NCBI GenBank assembly: GCA_965217585.1
Contig: OZ244561.1
Location: forward strand, 256,001 to 320,000
Direction: 5' to 3'
DNA length: 64,000 nt
From: Candidatus Latescibacterota bacterium
GTDB taxonomy: Bacteria > Latescibacterota > UBA2968 > UBA8231
The translations under genes were made by a program, and so were the position numbers. The notes below the pieces were generated by a model. That model did no database searches, was not told where the DNA came from, and saw nothing but the letters and a program-made list of their open reading frames with translations. Shown in pieces: positions 20,158 through 29,819 of this stretch (within the stretch, counting starts at the first letter, position 1; every line of letters begins with the position of its first letter).

Positions 20158-21147
20158 ATGGAAAAGCGAACGCTTGGCCGCACGGGACTTGAAGTCAGTG
20201 TGCTGGGAATGGGGGGACTATACGTCTCCAGTGCGGGTGCCCGTGGGCGTGATGAGGCGTGCCGCGCCGTCCACCGAGCACTTGAACTCGGTGTAAATTA
20301 TGTGGATACAGCGCCCAACTACCGCGACAGTGAAGAGGTTTTGGGCATCGCGCTCGCAGGTGTGACGCAGCCGTACTTCCTCGCGACGAAACTCGGCGGC
20401 CGGCCGCAGCCGTTTAATCCACAAGATAAAGATCTCTTGCGGCAGTCGGTCGATGAAAGCCTTCGGTTACTCAAACGCGATTACATCGATGTCCTGTTGG
20501 TACACGAGCCGGACCGTCCCGGTCAGTACGATTGGTGGACGGACTACGACCGTTTCCACGGACCCGTCTGTGAGCTGTTGGAAGAATTGAAGGCGGAGAA
20601 CATCATCCGCTTCACCGGACTCGGCGGCACCACCGCTTATCAGCTGCCGCTCATCATGGCAACGGGCAACTACGATGTAGTCTTGACAGCGTTCAACTAC
20701 AGCTTGCTCTGGCGGGAAGCGACCATCGCCATCTTCCCTGAAGCCAAGCGACAGAACATGGGCGTTATCATTGGCTCGCCGCTGCAACAGGGTGCCCTAT
20801 CGCAACGCTATCCCGAAATAGAGACAGGGGCACCGTGGCTGAGTCCGCCGCGACAGCAACAGTTTCAGCGGCTTTACGCTTTTCTGGATGAAATCGGACT
20901 GTCGCTGCCGGAGGCCGCGCTCCGCATGATGGTGGCAACCCCGCAAATCTCCACGGTCTTGATGGGAGCGCGGTCCGTGGAGGAGGTTGAACAGAATGTG
21001 CGCGCGGTTGAAGCGGGGCCGCTGCCGGCGGATGTCCTCGCCCAGCTTCAGGAGATTGCCGATATGGTGCCATTCCGGCCGTATGAAGAGCCGTTTGGCT
21101 TGCCGTTCGGCCGGCCATACAAGGGGCCTGGCCAAGCTGGCAGATAG
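20158..21147 (+). CDS. Aldo/keto reductase
   Basis: RTLGRTGLEVS, DTAPNY, ATK and LVHEP motifs. Purine-rich RBS upstream. Confidence 0.93.
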   Translation: MEKRTLGRTGLEVSVLGMGGLYVSSAGARGRDEACRAVHRALELGVNYVDTAPNYRDSEEVLGIALAGVTQPYFLATKLGGRPQPFNPQDKDLLRQSVDESLRLLKRDYIDVLLVHEPDRPGQYDWWTDYDRFHGPVCELLEELKAENIIRFTGLGGTTAYQLPLIMATGNYDVVLTAFNYSLLWREATIAIFPEAKRQNMGVIIGSPLQQGALSQRYPEIETGAPWLSPPRQQQFQRLYAFLDEIGLSLPEAALRMMVATPQISTVLMGARSVEEVEQNVRAVEAGPLPADVLAQLQEIADMVPFRPYEEPFGLPFGRPYKGPGQAGR

Positions 21148-21149
21148 GT
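21121..21149 (+). repeat. Left copy of AKR 3'-end repeat (partner 22906-22934)
   Basis: aaggggcctggccaagctggcagataggt vs aagggacctggccaagctggcaggtaggt (27/29). Both differences are synonymous. Confidence 0.85.
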
Positions 21150-22586
21150 GAGACAGTGGCAGCCCCAGCACCCAGCACCCAATGGCGTAATCAGCACCCA
21201 ACATCCCACCATCACTCCGCCATCGAGCGACAGACCGTTGCCACCCCCATCGAATCCCACGGCCCACGGCCCACGGCCCAGAGGGTGCCAAGGCCACCGA
21301 CTGTCTCACTACTCATGGTAAACGCGCTTTCTGTCATTAGGTCTCGCATCGTCAGCGACTGTGGTCCGAACTGGTCCTCCGTCGCCTCGCCGCAGACCCA
21401 TTCCGATTGCGCCTTGAAGCGATCCGTCCACTTTGTGGCTAGGGTCATCCGCCACGCCGGGGAAATAGCGCTCTACGGGCAACAAGCCGGAACTGACGAC
21501 GATCGTGGGCACCCACCCGACGAATCCGGTGTCCGGGCCTCCCCCGTCGACGCTAATGCCGTTCGCGTCGGCATCGTCAATTTCCACCTGATAGCGGTAT
21601 ACTAACCGGTTCGTGTCGGAGCCGGACAGGTATTCTGCCACGCGGGAGTTAGGGCCGTCGGCAACATCGCCAACCCGAAGGACAATGTAAGAGTCGTCCT
21701 CGGGCACGTACACGTCCGTGTTGAACGTCAGGGCGATGTCAATGTTCTCGCCATAGCGGTAAGTGCGCCCGTCGACCGGTGTCGATATGATCTCGGTCTT
21801 GTAGGCGCGGTCCGGACTGGGACGTCCCTTGACCCGTATCCTGAGAGTCTTGTTAGGATCTCTTTCCCACTTGGTACCGCCAGTGCTCCGCCAGCCGAGA
21901 TAATTGTGGAGGGCCCATCCCTCTCTGGCCTCTGGATCTTCCTTGAAGCTGTAGGTCGTAGTGAATTGAGCGACGTTGTCGTTTGCGTAACCTGCACCGC
22001 AATTAAGAAGAAAGTAGTAATCCGCGTCCGGCTCTAAATAGGTGTTCTCAGGTGCCTGCCACTCATTGCGCCCAAAGTCGTCCAAGCGACTTCTGGTGAG
22101 ATCAGCGACCTTGGTGATAAGGTATCCGTCGCGGTGGTAGAGGCCAGCGTTTATCGTCGTGTACCGGCTCTCATTCGCATCTCGCACATGTAGAGAAATA
22201 TCCGTCAATTCATACCCGCCCTGCTTCGGGCCGGTTCTAAACTCCTGATACAGTCCGTCCTGACTCTCACACAGAGTTACGATTCTGTCTGATCCTGAAG
22301 ATTGCAGCATATTCGTCACGAGTGTGGTAATCGGCGGATTGTATTCAGCGCGTGCAGGCACGGCGACGGCAAGGGCAGTAGCCACGGCCAAAAACACCAC
22401 TCCAGTCCGGCGCCAGCCACCCTGGGGTTTGGCGGACACATGGTCTTGCCGTTGCCATAGTCGAACCCGGCGCCTGATATTCAACCCCCTGAGGCCGCGA
22501 CGGCTTGTCGCCCGCCGTTGTGAGTCCCCTGCCTCAGCATCTGCCACCACCCGCTTGTCAAGGTCGTCAATCAGCACAGTTATCAT
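21150..22586 (-). pseudogene. Internally deleted large surface/autotransporter-like protein, copy 1
   Basis: AAGGAG RBS, long signal region, TTLVTN...QEFRTG..GYEL domain and Ig-like domain ending HKVDGS. This joins out of frame to a barrel-like fragment (DRFKAQSEW...SLDGGV). Confidence 0.7.
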
Positions 22587-22647
22587 GACCGATCTCCTTC
22601 TCTTGCATTGCCAGCTAGGATGAAAAACTCCTCTCAGCCAATGCTTA

Positions 22648-22664
22648 TGCATAAACCGTGCCAA
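22648..22664 (-). promoter_or_regulatory. sigma54 -24/-12 promoter, copy 1
   Basis: Minus strand TTGGCACGGTTTATGCA matches YTGGCACG-N4-TTGCW with one mismatch. Confidence 0.75.
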
Positions 22665-22742
22665 GCTTTTATAGAATGGGTTAAGTCCTTTGTATAAAGG
22701 ATGTTAGGAAGATTGACGCGGGAGAATGGGAGGTTGCCGAAA

Positions 22743-22871
22743 TGATGCAGAATGAAACAATCTGCAAGACGCGGAATGAAAAAGAGAGGCGGCTAACTAT
22801 CTGAAATCGCGTTACTTATGGCGCGGTTGGCGGAATTTGCAGCGGCAACTGTTTAATATTGCAACAGTTGC
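22743..22871. promoter_or_regulatory. Putative enhancer (UAS) and IHF sites, copy 1
   Basis: 17-bp boxes TGATGCAGAATGAAACA (22743) and TGTTTAATATTGCAACA (22850, inside palindrome GCAACTGTT-N9-AACAGTTGC). IHF-like TTTCAGATAGTTA on the minus strand (22794-22806). Confidence 0.55.
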
Positions 22872-22905
22872 AACAGTCGATTCGGAACTGAGAGGTTTTG
22901 GCCTA

Positions 22906-22934
22906 AAGGGACCTGGCCAAGCTGGCAGGTAGGT
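22906..22934 (+). repeat. Right copy of AKR 3' end (KGPGQAGR*)
   Basis: See 21121-21149. Confidence 0.85.
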
Positions 22935-22946
22935 TGGATGGGATCT

Positions 22947-23003
22947 TCCGCAGGTCCCAATCCTGCGGACGGGGTCTTCGTCCCCACTGACGAAGACCCC
23001 GTC
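22947..23003. terminator. Double hairpin incl. perfect 15-bp inverted repeat
   Basis: TCCGCAGG...CCTGCGGA and GACGGGGTCTTCGTC-cccact-GACGAAGACCCCGTC, lying between convergent gene ends. Confidence 0.6.
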
Positions 23004-23033
23004 GAGCACGAGCACATGCACGCATGTCGCCCT

Positions 23034-24044
23034 TCACTGCAGCGCCAAGCGCAGCATGACCTCGTGCTCCGGTGCCATGTTGCCAACCGTGCTCTCGCGC
23101 TGCGTCCCCTCAATGCCCAATTCCAGCCCTTCCCAGTGCAGCAACTCCAGCCGATAGCCCATGCGCACCTCGCGGAAGACCTCAGACTGCCCAACCCATA
23201 GGTAGGGCGTCCCCGTGGCCCGACCGCCGAACACCGCTAGCCCGTAGGCCGCCTCTGCGTCGAGGCGACCAACGGACGCAGCCGCGTCGTTCGCCGCCAC
23301 TCCCGCCAGCGTTTCGCGCCCCAGCAACGCCGCCACACCACCCGAGGACGCCATGCGGCCTGCGCCACGGTCCGCCGAATGCCAGTTCCCGTCCCCCCTG
23401 CTGTGAGACAGCGGAAGCCCCGAACATCCCCGTCGTCACTCCGCCATCGAGCGATAGACCGTTAGCACTCCCGCCAAAACCCGAATACCCCCCACGGCCC
23501 CAAAGGGTGCCAAGGCCACCGACTGTCTCACTACTCATGGTAAACGCGCTTCCTGTCACTAGATCGCGCATCGTCAGCAATTGTGGTCCGAACTGGACCT
23601 CCGTCACCTCACCGCGGCCCCATTCCGACTGCGCCTTGAAGCGATCCTGCGCGGCGACTTCACCTGCGCCGCTGAGATCATGGCCTGCAACAGTGGCCTG
23701 AATCCCTGATACAGCCCGTCCTGATGTGCGCTCAGAGACACGATTCTGCCTGAAGATTGGCCCGTATTCTGCACGAGCGTGGTAACGGGCGGGTCGTACT
23801 CTTGCGCAGGGGCAACTACGGCACCAACGAGCGCGGTGGCGGTGGCCAGCAGAATCGCTCCAGTCCGCCGAGCGACGCCTTGCGGTTTGGCCGACGCATG
23901 GCCGCGTTGTTGCCCGTGTCGAATCCATCGCTTGATATTCGGCATCCTGCGACCGAAACCGTTTGTCGTCCGCTGTTGTGCGGCCCCTACCTCAGCATTT
24001 GCCACCACCCGCTTATCAAGGTCGTCAATCAGCACAGTTATCAT
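23034..24044 (-). pseudogene. Internally deleted large surface/autotransporter-like protein, copy 2
   Basis: Same MITVLIDDLDKRVVA start. Jumps after LYQGFR into barrel fragments in other frames and ends ...GLELGIEGTQRES...VMLRLALQ*. Confidence 0.7.
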
Positions 24045-24105
24045 GACCGGTCTCCTTCTCTTCATTGCCAGCTAGGATGAAAAACGCCCTCTCAGCCAAT
24101 GCTTA

Positions 24106-24122
24106 TGCACAAACCGTGCCAA
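24106..24122 (-). promoter_or_regulatory. sigma54 -24/-12 promoter, copy 2
   Basis: Minus strand TTGGCACGGTTTGTGCA. Confidence 0.75.
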
Positions 24123-24139
24123 ACCTTTAGCGGATGGAC

Positions 24140-24329
24140 TAAGTCATTTATATAAAGGGTGTTAGGAGAATTGATGCGGAAGGATGGGGGATTTCCGAAA
24201 TGATTCAGAATGAAACAATTCGAAAGGCGCAGAATGAAAAGGAGAGGCGGCTAACTATCTGAAATCGCGTTATTTATGGCGTGGGTTGCGGAATTTGCAG
24301 TGGCAACTGTTTCATATCGCAACAGTTGC
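24140..24329. promoter_or_regulatory. Putative IHF and UAS sites, copy 2
   Basis: IHF-like TATAAATGACTTA (24140-24152, minus) and TTTCAGATAGTTA (24252-24264, minus). Boxes at 24201-24217 and 24308-24324. Confidence 0.55.
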
Positions 24330-24395
24330 AACAGTCAATTCGGAACTACGAGGTATTGGCCTAGAGGTTGGCTTGGTCGTTGCCCGGTCGGTTAT

Positions 24396-26315
24396 TCACT
24401 TCTCCGCCAACAGGTTGTATTTTCTCAACTTCCGGTACAAGGTTACGCGATTAATATTCAGCACTTGAGCTGCCTTGGAGATATTCCAATCCGAGGCTTC
24501 AAGGGCGTGGACAACGGCTTGCCGCTCAGCTTCCTGCAGCGAAAGGGGGGATTGAGCAGGATCTTCGGGGTCTGTTGGAGATGGAACCACGGCGGAGAGT
24601 TGGGGAGGGAGGTTGCTGACTTGCAGTCTGTCCGTGGTCTCCAGCAACAGGGCGCGTTCAATGGCATTTCTGAACTCGCGCACGTTGCCTGGCCAGTCAT
24701 ACGCGAGCAATGTTTGCAGCGCCGCCGGGGAAATCCCGCGCATGGTTTCGTTGGTGCGTTCGGCATAACCTTGCAGAAAATGGGCCACCAACAGGGGAAT
24801 ATCCTCGCGGTGTTCTCTGAGGGGTGGGATGATGAGGGGAAAAGCGGCTAGGCGATAGAACAGGTCCGCGCGGAACCCACCGTCTTTTACCGCGCTTTCC
24901 AGGTCCTGGTTGGTCGCCGCAATCACGCGGATGTCAATGGGAATCGTCGATGTTCCACCCACTCGCTGGATTTCTCGCTCTTCTAGGACGCGCAACAACT
25001 TGGCTTGCAGCGCGATGGGCATGTCGCCGATTTCGTCGAGCAAAACAGTGCCGCCCTCGGCGCGCTCGAACTGCCCAATGCGCCGCATGGACGCCCCCGT
25101 AAAAGCTCCGCGTTCGTGTCCGAAAAGCTCGCTTTCGATCAGCGTCTCGGGAATAGCAGCGCAATTGACGGCGACAAAGGGGCCTGCCTTTCTCGCGCTG
25201 TTATAGTGAATCAACTTGGCGACTAGCTCTTTACCGGTGCCGCTTTCGCCTTGAATCAGCACCGTAATATCGCTTTCAGCCGCCCGCTGCATCAGCGCAT
25301 AGACCTCCTGCATGTTTTTGCTTTTTCCCACCATGCCGTCAAAGGCGTACGTCGTTCCGAGTTCGGCGCGCAAGCGCAAGACCTCGGCTTTCATCTGCTC
25401 GCTCTCAACCTCCTTGGACACGTTCCGGTACATGACAATATGGCCCATGAGGTTTTGTTGACTGTTGCGTACGGGCGCTGTCGAGCGATAAAAGAGCCTG
25501 GGGTCTGAGACGCCGGCTGCGATTACTTCTTCCTCCAAGTCGCCCGTGCGGTCCGAAAACAGCCCGCGCCCCCATTCAGGCAGAACGGGAGGCCGAAGGC
25601 GTGCCCTGATGCGTTCCCTGAGATCACTTGGCGGCATTTGCTTCAACTCGCCTTCCGTGGAGTCAAGGAGCTTCTCATACCCCTGATTCGCCACCTGCAG
25701 GCGTCCCTCGGCATCGAACATGCCGATGGCATCTCCTGTCGCGTCAAGCACGGCCTGGAGTCTTTGGTTACTATCTTCAAGTTGCCGATTACTGGCTTCA
25801 AGTTGCCGCTGGTGCTTTGCCAACTCCTGTTCGATGTTCCACTTCCCGACAAGCGAAAGCGTGATCTGCTGAATCTCCTCGCGCGAAAACGGCTTGCGGA
25901 TATAGAGCAATTTGTGCAGCAACTCCATGTCGTTGACAATCTCGGGCAGCGTCTTATCGGAGTATGCGGTCATGATGACGATTTCGATATCCTGCTCGAA
26001 TTGCCGAATCTGGCGCACTGTTTCAATGCCGTCAGGACCCGGGGGCATTCTGATGTCAATGTAGGCCAGCGCAAAGGGATGGTTCGATTCTTGGCCTGCT
26101 TTGACCATTGCGCAGGCTTCCTCCCCACTTGTCGCATGGGAAAGTTCAAACTGCGGCAGAACGGGTTTATCGCCCTGCGAGACAAAAGCTGCCGCCAGCT
26201 CATCCGTTGCCCTTTTGGTGAGGCCGGGGGTCAACATCTCTGCAAAGTCGTTGTGAATTTCCTCTTGGTCATCAACGATCAGCACGCGGTAGTTCCAAGA
26301 GCTGTTTGATTCCAT
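24396..26315 (-). CDS. sigma54-dependent transcriptional activator (REC-PAS-AAA+-Fis HTH)
   Basis: VDD/DIRMP/KP receiver, [33 protein letters not shown]-terminal HTH. Confidence 0.96.
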   Translation of the reverse strand: MESNSSWNYRVLIVDDQEEIHNDFAEMLTPGLTKRATDELAAAFVSQGDKPVLPQFELSHATSGEEACAMVKAGQESNHPFALAYIDIRMPPGPDGIETVRQIRQFEQDIEIVIMTAYSDKTLPEIVNDMELLHKLLYIRKPFSREEIQQITLSLVGKWNIEQELAKHQRQLEASNRQLEDSNQRLQAVLDATGDAIGMFDAEGRLQVANQGYEKLLDSTEGELKQMPPSDLRERIRARLRPPVLPEWGRGLFSDRTGDLEEEVIAAGVSDPRLFYRSTAPVRNSQQNLMGHIVMYRNVSKEVESEQMKAEVLRLRAELGTTYAFDGMVGKSKNMQEVYALMQRAAESDITVLIQGESGTGKELVAKLIHYNSARKAGPFVAVNCAAIPETLIESELFGHERGAFTGASMRRIGQFERAEGGTVLLDEIGDMPIALQAKLLRVLEEREIQRVGGTSTIPIDIRVIAATNQDLESAVKDGGFRADLFYRLAAFPLIIPPLREHREDIPLLVAHFLQGYAERTNETMRGISPAALQTLLAYDWPGNVREFRNAIERALLLETTDRLQVSNLPPQLSAVVPSPTDPEDPAQSPLSLQEAERQAVVHALEASDWNISKAAQVLNINRVTLYRKLRKYNLLAEK

Positions 26316-26402
26316 GAAGCCGCCTTTATAGTTACTCGATCAGAGGGACGAGTTCGAAATGGATTGGTTGGAGGTTCGCAGCAATAGAACGCGCAGACGC
26401 CG

Positions 26403-27692
26403 TCACGCAGAGGTTTCCACCATGATATCCCCATCGCGATCGGCAGAATTGAGCCGCAGCGTGACGCGCATGGTGGTGCCCGTGCCATAGCCGTCGCTCA
26501 AGGGTTGAATTTTTCCCCCGGAGCCGGTGACAAAATTGGCCGCCGAATGGAGCCCCAGCCCGCTTCCTTCTCGCTTTGTTGTATAACCCGCCCCAAAGAT
26601 CGTTTTGAGGTTTTTCTGATCGATGCCAATGCCGTTGTCCTGCACCTCGAGGACGAGAAAATCCTGTTGGATACAGGCCCTGATCTCAATGCGAGGCGGT
26701 CCCTTGAGCCCGCCGGATCGCTTCAACTCATCAATAGCTTCCATCGCATTCTTGAGCAGATTGACCAACATCTGATTAAACTGGGTCTCCTGAATGCGAA
26801 TCTCTGCGGGCGCGTTGCCGCAGTCCACATGCGTCTGGATGCGTCTGCTGGCAAACGAGTCTTGCATGATTTTCAGGGCGCTGGAGATGGCCTGATTCAA
26901 GTTGACGTCTTTGCTGGTCATGGCTTTGCTGGCAAAGCCCCGTTGCGCGCGGACGATGTCCACGATGTGGTTCGTTTGGCTGTTGACGCGTTCAACTGTA
27001 CGGACCAATTCCCGATTCTGCTCGACGAAGTCGTCTGAAAGAGCCAGCATAAACGGCCGCACCTGTTGGCCTTGCGGGTCGTGCTGGACGTAGTCGCCCC
27101 AATCCTCCGCATGCTCCTCGACGGTCTCTGACAAAGCCGATAAGCGTTCGATCAGCGGATTGTTCCCCAACTCTTCTTTCAGGGTTCCAATGCCGATGGC
27201 CACGCTGGTAATGGCATTGCCGATGTTGTGCAGGATCGTATCCATGACCTCCAGGCGGCCTTGCGCGAAGGCCTGAGCCAAGGCTTCTTCGGCCCGCACT
27301 CGCTCCGTCACATCGCGAAAAACGGTGACCCCGCCGCGAGCGGTGCCAGATAACCTAATGGGCCTGCCGCTGGCGCTGATATAGACGCCCTCCGGCTTGG
27401 CCGCAGTGCGGATGAACATCTCCATCTCATCGGTCACCTCTCCGCGCAGGGCGCGCACCAGCGGCATTTCCTCGGTTGGAATGGGCGTGACTTTATCGGG
27501 GTAGAATATGCTGTATTCTTCCGTCCATCGTTCGGGCACCGCATCTATACGCCCTCCGATAATGCGTTCCGCACTTGGATTAAAGGTGAGGCTACCATGC
27601 TCATCAGCGACTATCACGCCGTCGCTGATGCTGTCAAAAATGGCCTGCATGAGTTGGATCTGATGCTGCAGTTCGTCAACGGTTTTTTTCAC
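26403..27692 (-). CDS. PAS-domain sensor histidine kinase (cytoplasmic, possibly N-terminally truncated)
   Basis: PAS, H-box LHNIGN, NLLKNA, DNGIG and GSGLGL motifs. Confidence 0.9.
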   Translation of the reverse strand: MKKTVDELQHQIQLMQAIFDSISDGVIVADEHGSLTFNPSAERIIGGRIDAVPERWTEEYSIFYPDKVTPIPTEEMPLVRALRGEVTDEMEMFIRTAAKPEGVYISASGRPIRLSGTARGGVTVFRDVTERVRAEEALAQAFAQGRLEVMDTILHNIGNAITSVAIGIGTLKEELGNNPLIERLSALSETVEEHAEDWGDYVQHDPQGQQVRPFMLALSDDFVEQNRELVRTVERVNSQTNHIVDIVRAQRGFASKAMTSKDVNLNQAISSALKIMQDSFASRRIQTHVDCGNAPAEIRIQETQFNQMLVNLLKNAMEAIDELKRSGGLKGPPRIEIRACIQQDFLVLEVQDNGIGIDQKNLKTIFGAGYTTKREGSGLGLHSAANFVTGSGGKIQPLSDGYGTGTTMRVTLRLNSADRDGDIMVETSA

Positions 27693-27876
27693 TTTGTTCT
27701 CGATCCTCTATGCTCGAAGACATGTTTCCTCGGTGAAGCGCTCGCCGCGGGCAGACCTCGCAGCGCACGAAGACATTCGGCAGGAAATTCTGCCATAAGA
27801 CGTTAGTTGCGCGTCATTTTTTTACGGGCTACTATGATACCAAATTGTCGGGGGATCACAAAGGGGCCTGTCGATC

Positions 27877-27903
27877 TTTTGCGGCTGGTACCCACAGAGT
27901 AAA
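27877..27903 (+). repeat. Right copy of GSDH 3' end (LRLVPTE*)
   Basis: See 17520-17546. Lies 15 nt before the CocE start. Confidence 0.7.
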
Positions 27904-27918
27904 ACAAGGGATGACGCT

Positions 27919-29817
27919 ATGGCCGATGGCCTTTACGATGTAGTAATAGAACGCGATGTAATGGTGGAGATGCGCGATGGGGTGCGGCTAGCGACCGACC
28001 TGTACTTTCCCGCCCGCGATGGGCAGCCAGTACCCGGCAAGTTCCCCGCGGTCTTTCACCGCACGCCCTACGATAAAAGCGACGTGGAGCGCAACGGCAG
28101 TTACGGCCGGTTTTTCGCCCAGCGTGGGTACGTGGCCGTCTATCAGGACTGCCGAGGGACGTTCCAGTCCGAGGGGGATGTGAACTTCCTTTTGCCCGAG
28201 GCCGAGGACGGGTACGACGCCTTGCAGTGGATCGATCAGCAACCGTGGAGCAACGGCAAGGTCGGGTCATGGGGGACCTCGTGGTCGGGTTGGACGCAGA
28301 CGGCGATGGCGGCGTTGGGGCCGACAAACCTCAAGGCCATGGTGGTCAACATGAGCGGAGCCGACGCGCATGAATCTTCGGTGCGGCACGGGGGGGCGCT
28401 GGAACTGCGGTTTTTGGCGTGGGCGTTTTGGCATTCAGCGGCTAACACGCAGCGCGCACTAAAAGCTGACCCAGCGGTTGATGCGGCCCTGAACTTGGGC
28501 GCGCCGACCTTTGCCGACTGGCTGACGCGGATGCCGCTCCGCAAGGGACAGACCCAGCTCAAATTGGTGCCTCCCTACCAGAAGTGGGCACTAGACCTGC
28601 TGACCAAGGCCGACTACGACGAGTACTGGCAGCACCCTAGTTATGCGCCGGCGCTCTTTTGGAACGACTTCCCGGACGTGCCAACTCTGATCATCGGGGG
28701 CTGGTACGATTCGTACACGCGCTCGACGTGCAAAAACTACAAAGGGTTGGCGGCGCGTAAGCAGGGGCCGGTGCGGATGCTCATGGGGCCGTGGACGCAC
28801 GGGACGCAAACACTGGAGCAGAGCTTTGCCGGCGACGCGGAGTTCGGCGAGGCCTCGGCACTAGACGACTTCCGCGCCCTGCATCTGCGCTACTTCGATT
28901 GGGCGCTCAAGGGAGTCGATAACGGCGAGGCCAACTCACCGCCGGTACGGATCTTTGCCATGGGTGGCGGCGGGGGCTATCGCACCAGCAGCGGCCGGCT
29001 TTTCCACGGCGGGTATTGGCGCGACGAGGCCGAGTGGCCGTTGGCGCGGACGCGATACACCAAGTACTACCTGCACGGCGACGGCACCTTGTCGCCGGAA
29101 GAACCAGCCACAGACGGCGGCGATACAGTCTATCGCTTCGATCCGGCCAATCCAGTGCCCTCCATTGGCGGCAATGTCTCGTCGCTTGCTGAGATCGGCC
29201 CGCTGCCGCCGGGCGTGGGCGCTGCAGCCAATGCGCCGTGGCGGGCGCGGGTGGAGCAATTGATGGTGCCGGGCGGGTTTGATCAGGTGGAGGGACCGGA
29301 GTTTTACGGCTGTGCGCCGCCCTATCTGCCGCTGGGCTCGCGGCCGGATGTGTTGGTATTTGCCACTGAGCCGCTTGCCGAGGACATGGAGGTGACCGGG
29401 CCGATTGAGGTGCAGTTGTGGGTCTCGTCGTCAGCGCCGGATACGGATTTTACCGCCAAGCTGATCGATTGCTATCCACCGAGTCGCTGGTACCCGCATG
29501 GCTACGCACTCAACCTGACCGACAGCATCGCGCGCCTGCGCTACCGCAACGGGCGCGAAAAGGGCGAGTTGCTAGCGCCGGGCGAGGTCGCCGAGCTGAC
29601 GATTACCCTCTATCCGACGAGCAATGTGTTTGCCGCCGGACATCAGATCCGCCTCGACATTTCCAGCTCGAACTTTCCCCGCTTTGATGTCAATCCCAAC
29701 ACGGGTGACCCTATCGGCCAAGAGCGACGACGCCAGGGAGCGGACAACAGAATTTACCACAATGCGGCGCAGGCGGCGCACGTGGTGTTGCCGATTATTC
29801 CAACTAGGAGAAACTGA
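27919..29817 (+). CDS. CocE/NonD family hydrolase
   Basis: MRDGVRLATD, RTPY, GTSW nucleophile, GWYD, GPWTH and SSNFPRFD motifs. Confidence 0.94.
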   Translation: MADGLYDVVIERDVMVEMRDGVRLATDLYFPARDGQPVPGKFPAVFHRTPYDKSDVERNGSYGRFFAQRGYVAVYQDCRGTFQSEGDVNFLLPEAEDGYDALQWIDQQPWSNGKVGSWGTSWSGWTQTAMAALGPTNLKAMVVNMSGADAHESSVRHGGALELRFLAWAFWHSAANTQRALKADPAVDAALNLGAPTFADWLTRMPLRKGQTQLKLVPPYQKWALDLLTKADYDEYWQHPSYAPALFWNDFPDVPTLIIGGWYDSYTRSTCKNYKGLAARKQGPVRMLMGPWTHGTQTLEQSFAGDAEFGEASALDDFRALHLRYFDWALKGVDNGEANSPPVRIFAMGGGGGYRTSSGRLFHGGYWRDEAEWPLARTRYTKYYLHGDGTLSPEEPATDGGDTVYRFDPANPVPSIGGNVSSLAEIGPLPPGVGAAANAPWRARVEQLMVPGGFDQVEGPEFYGCAPPYLPLGSRPDVLVFATEPLAEDMEVTGPIEVQLWVSSSAPDTDFTAKLIDCYPPSRWYPHGYALNLTDSIARLRYRNGREKGELLAPGEVAELTITLYPTSNVFAAGHQIRLDISSSNFPRFDVNPNTGDPIGQERRRQGADNRIYHNAAQAAHVVLPIIPTRRN

Positions 29818-29819
29818 TA

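Larger units (their letters stand above)
17546..27903. mobile_element. ~10.4-kb accessory island bounded by a duplicated GSDH 3' end (no integrase inside)
   Basis: Terminal direct repeat, AT-richer R-M segment, pseudogenes and a regulator pair inside. Confidence 0.55.

Noticed and set aside
27693-27840. Riboswitch in the kinase-CocE spacer (CGAAGACAT twice, GGCAG/CTGCC hairpin)
   Set aside because: No recognisable aptamer consensus, and the features are too short to support a call.
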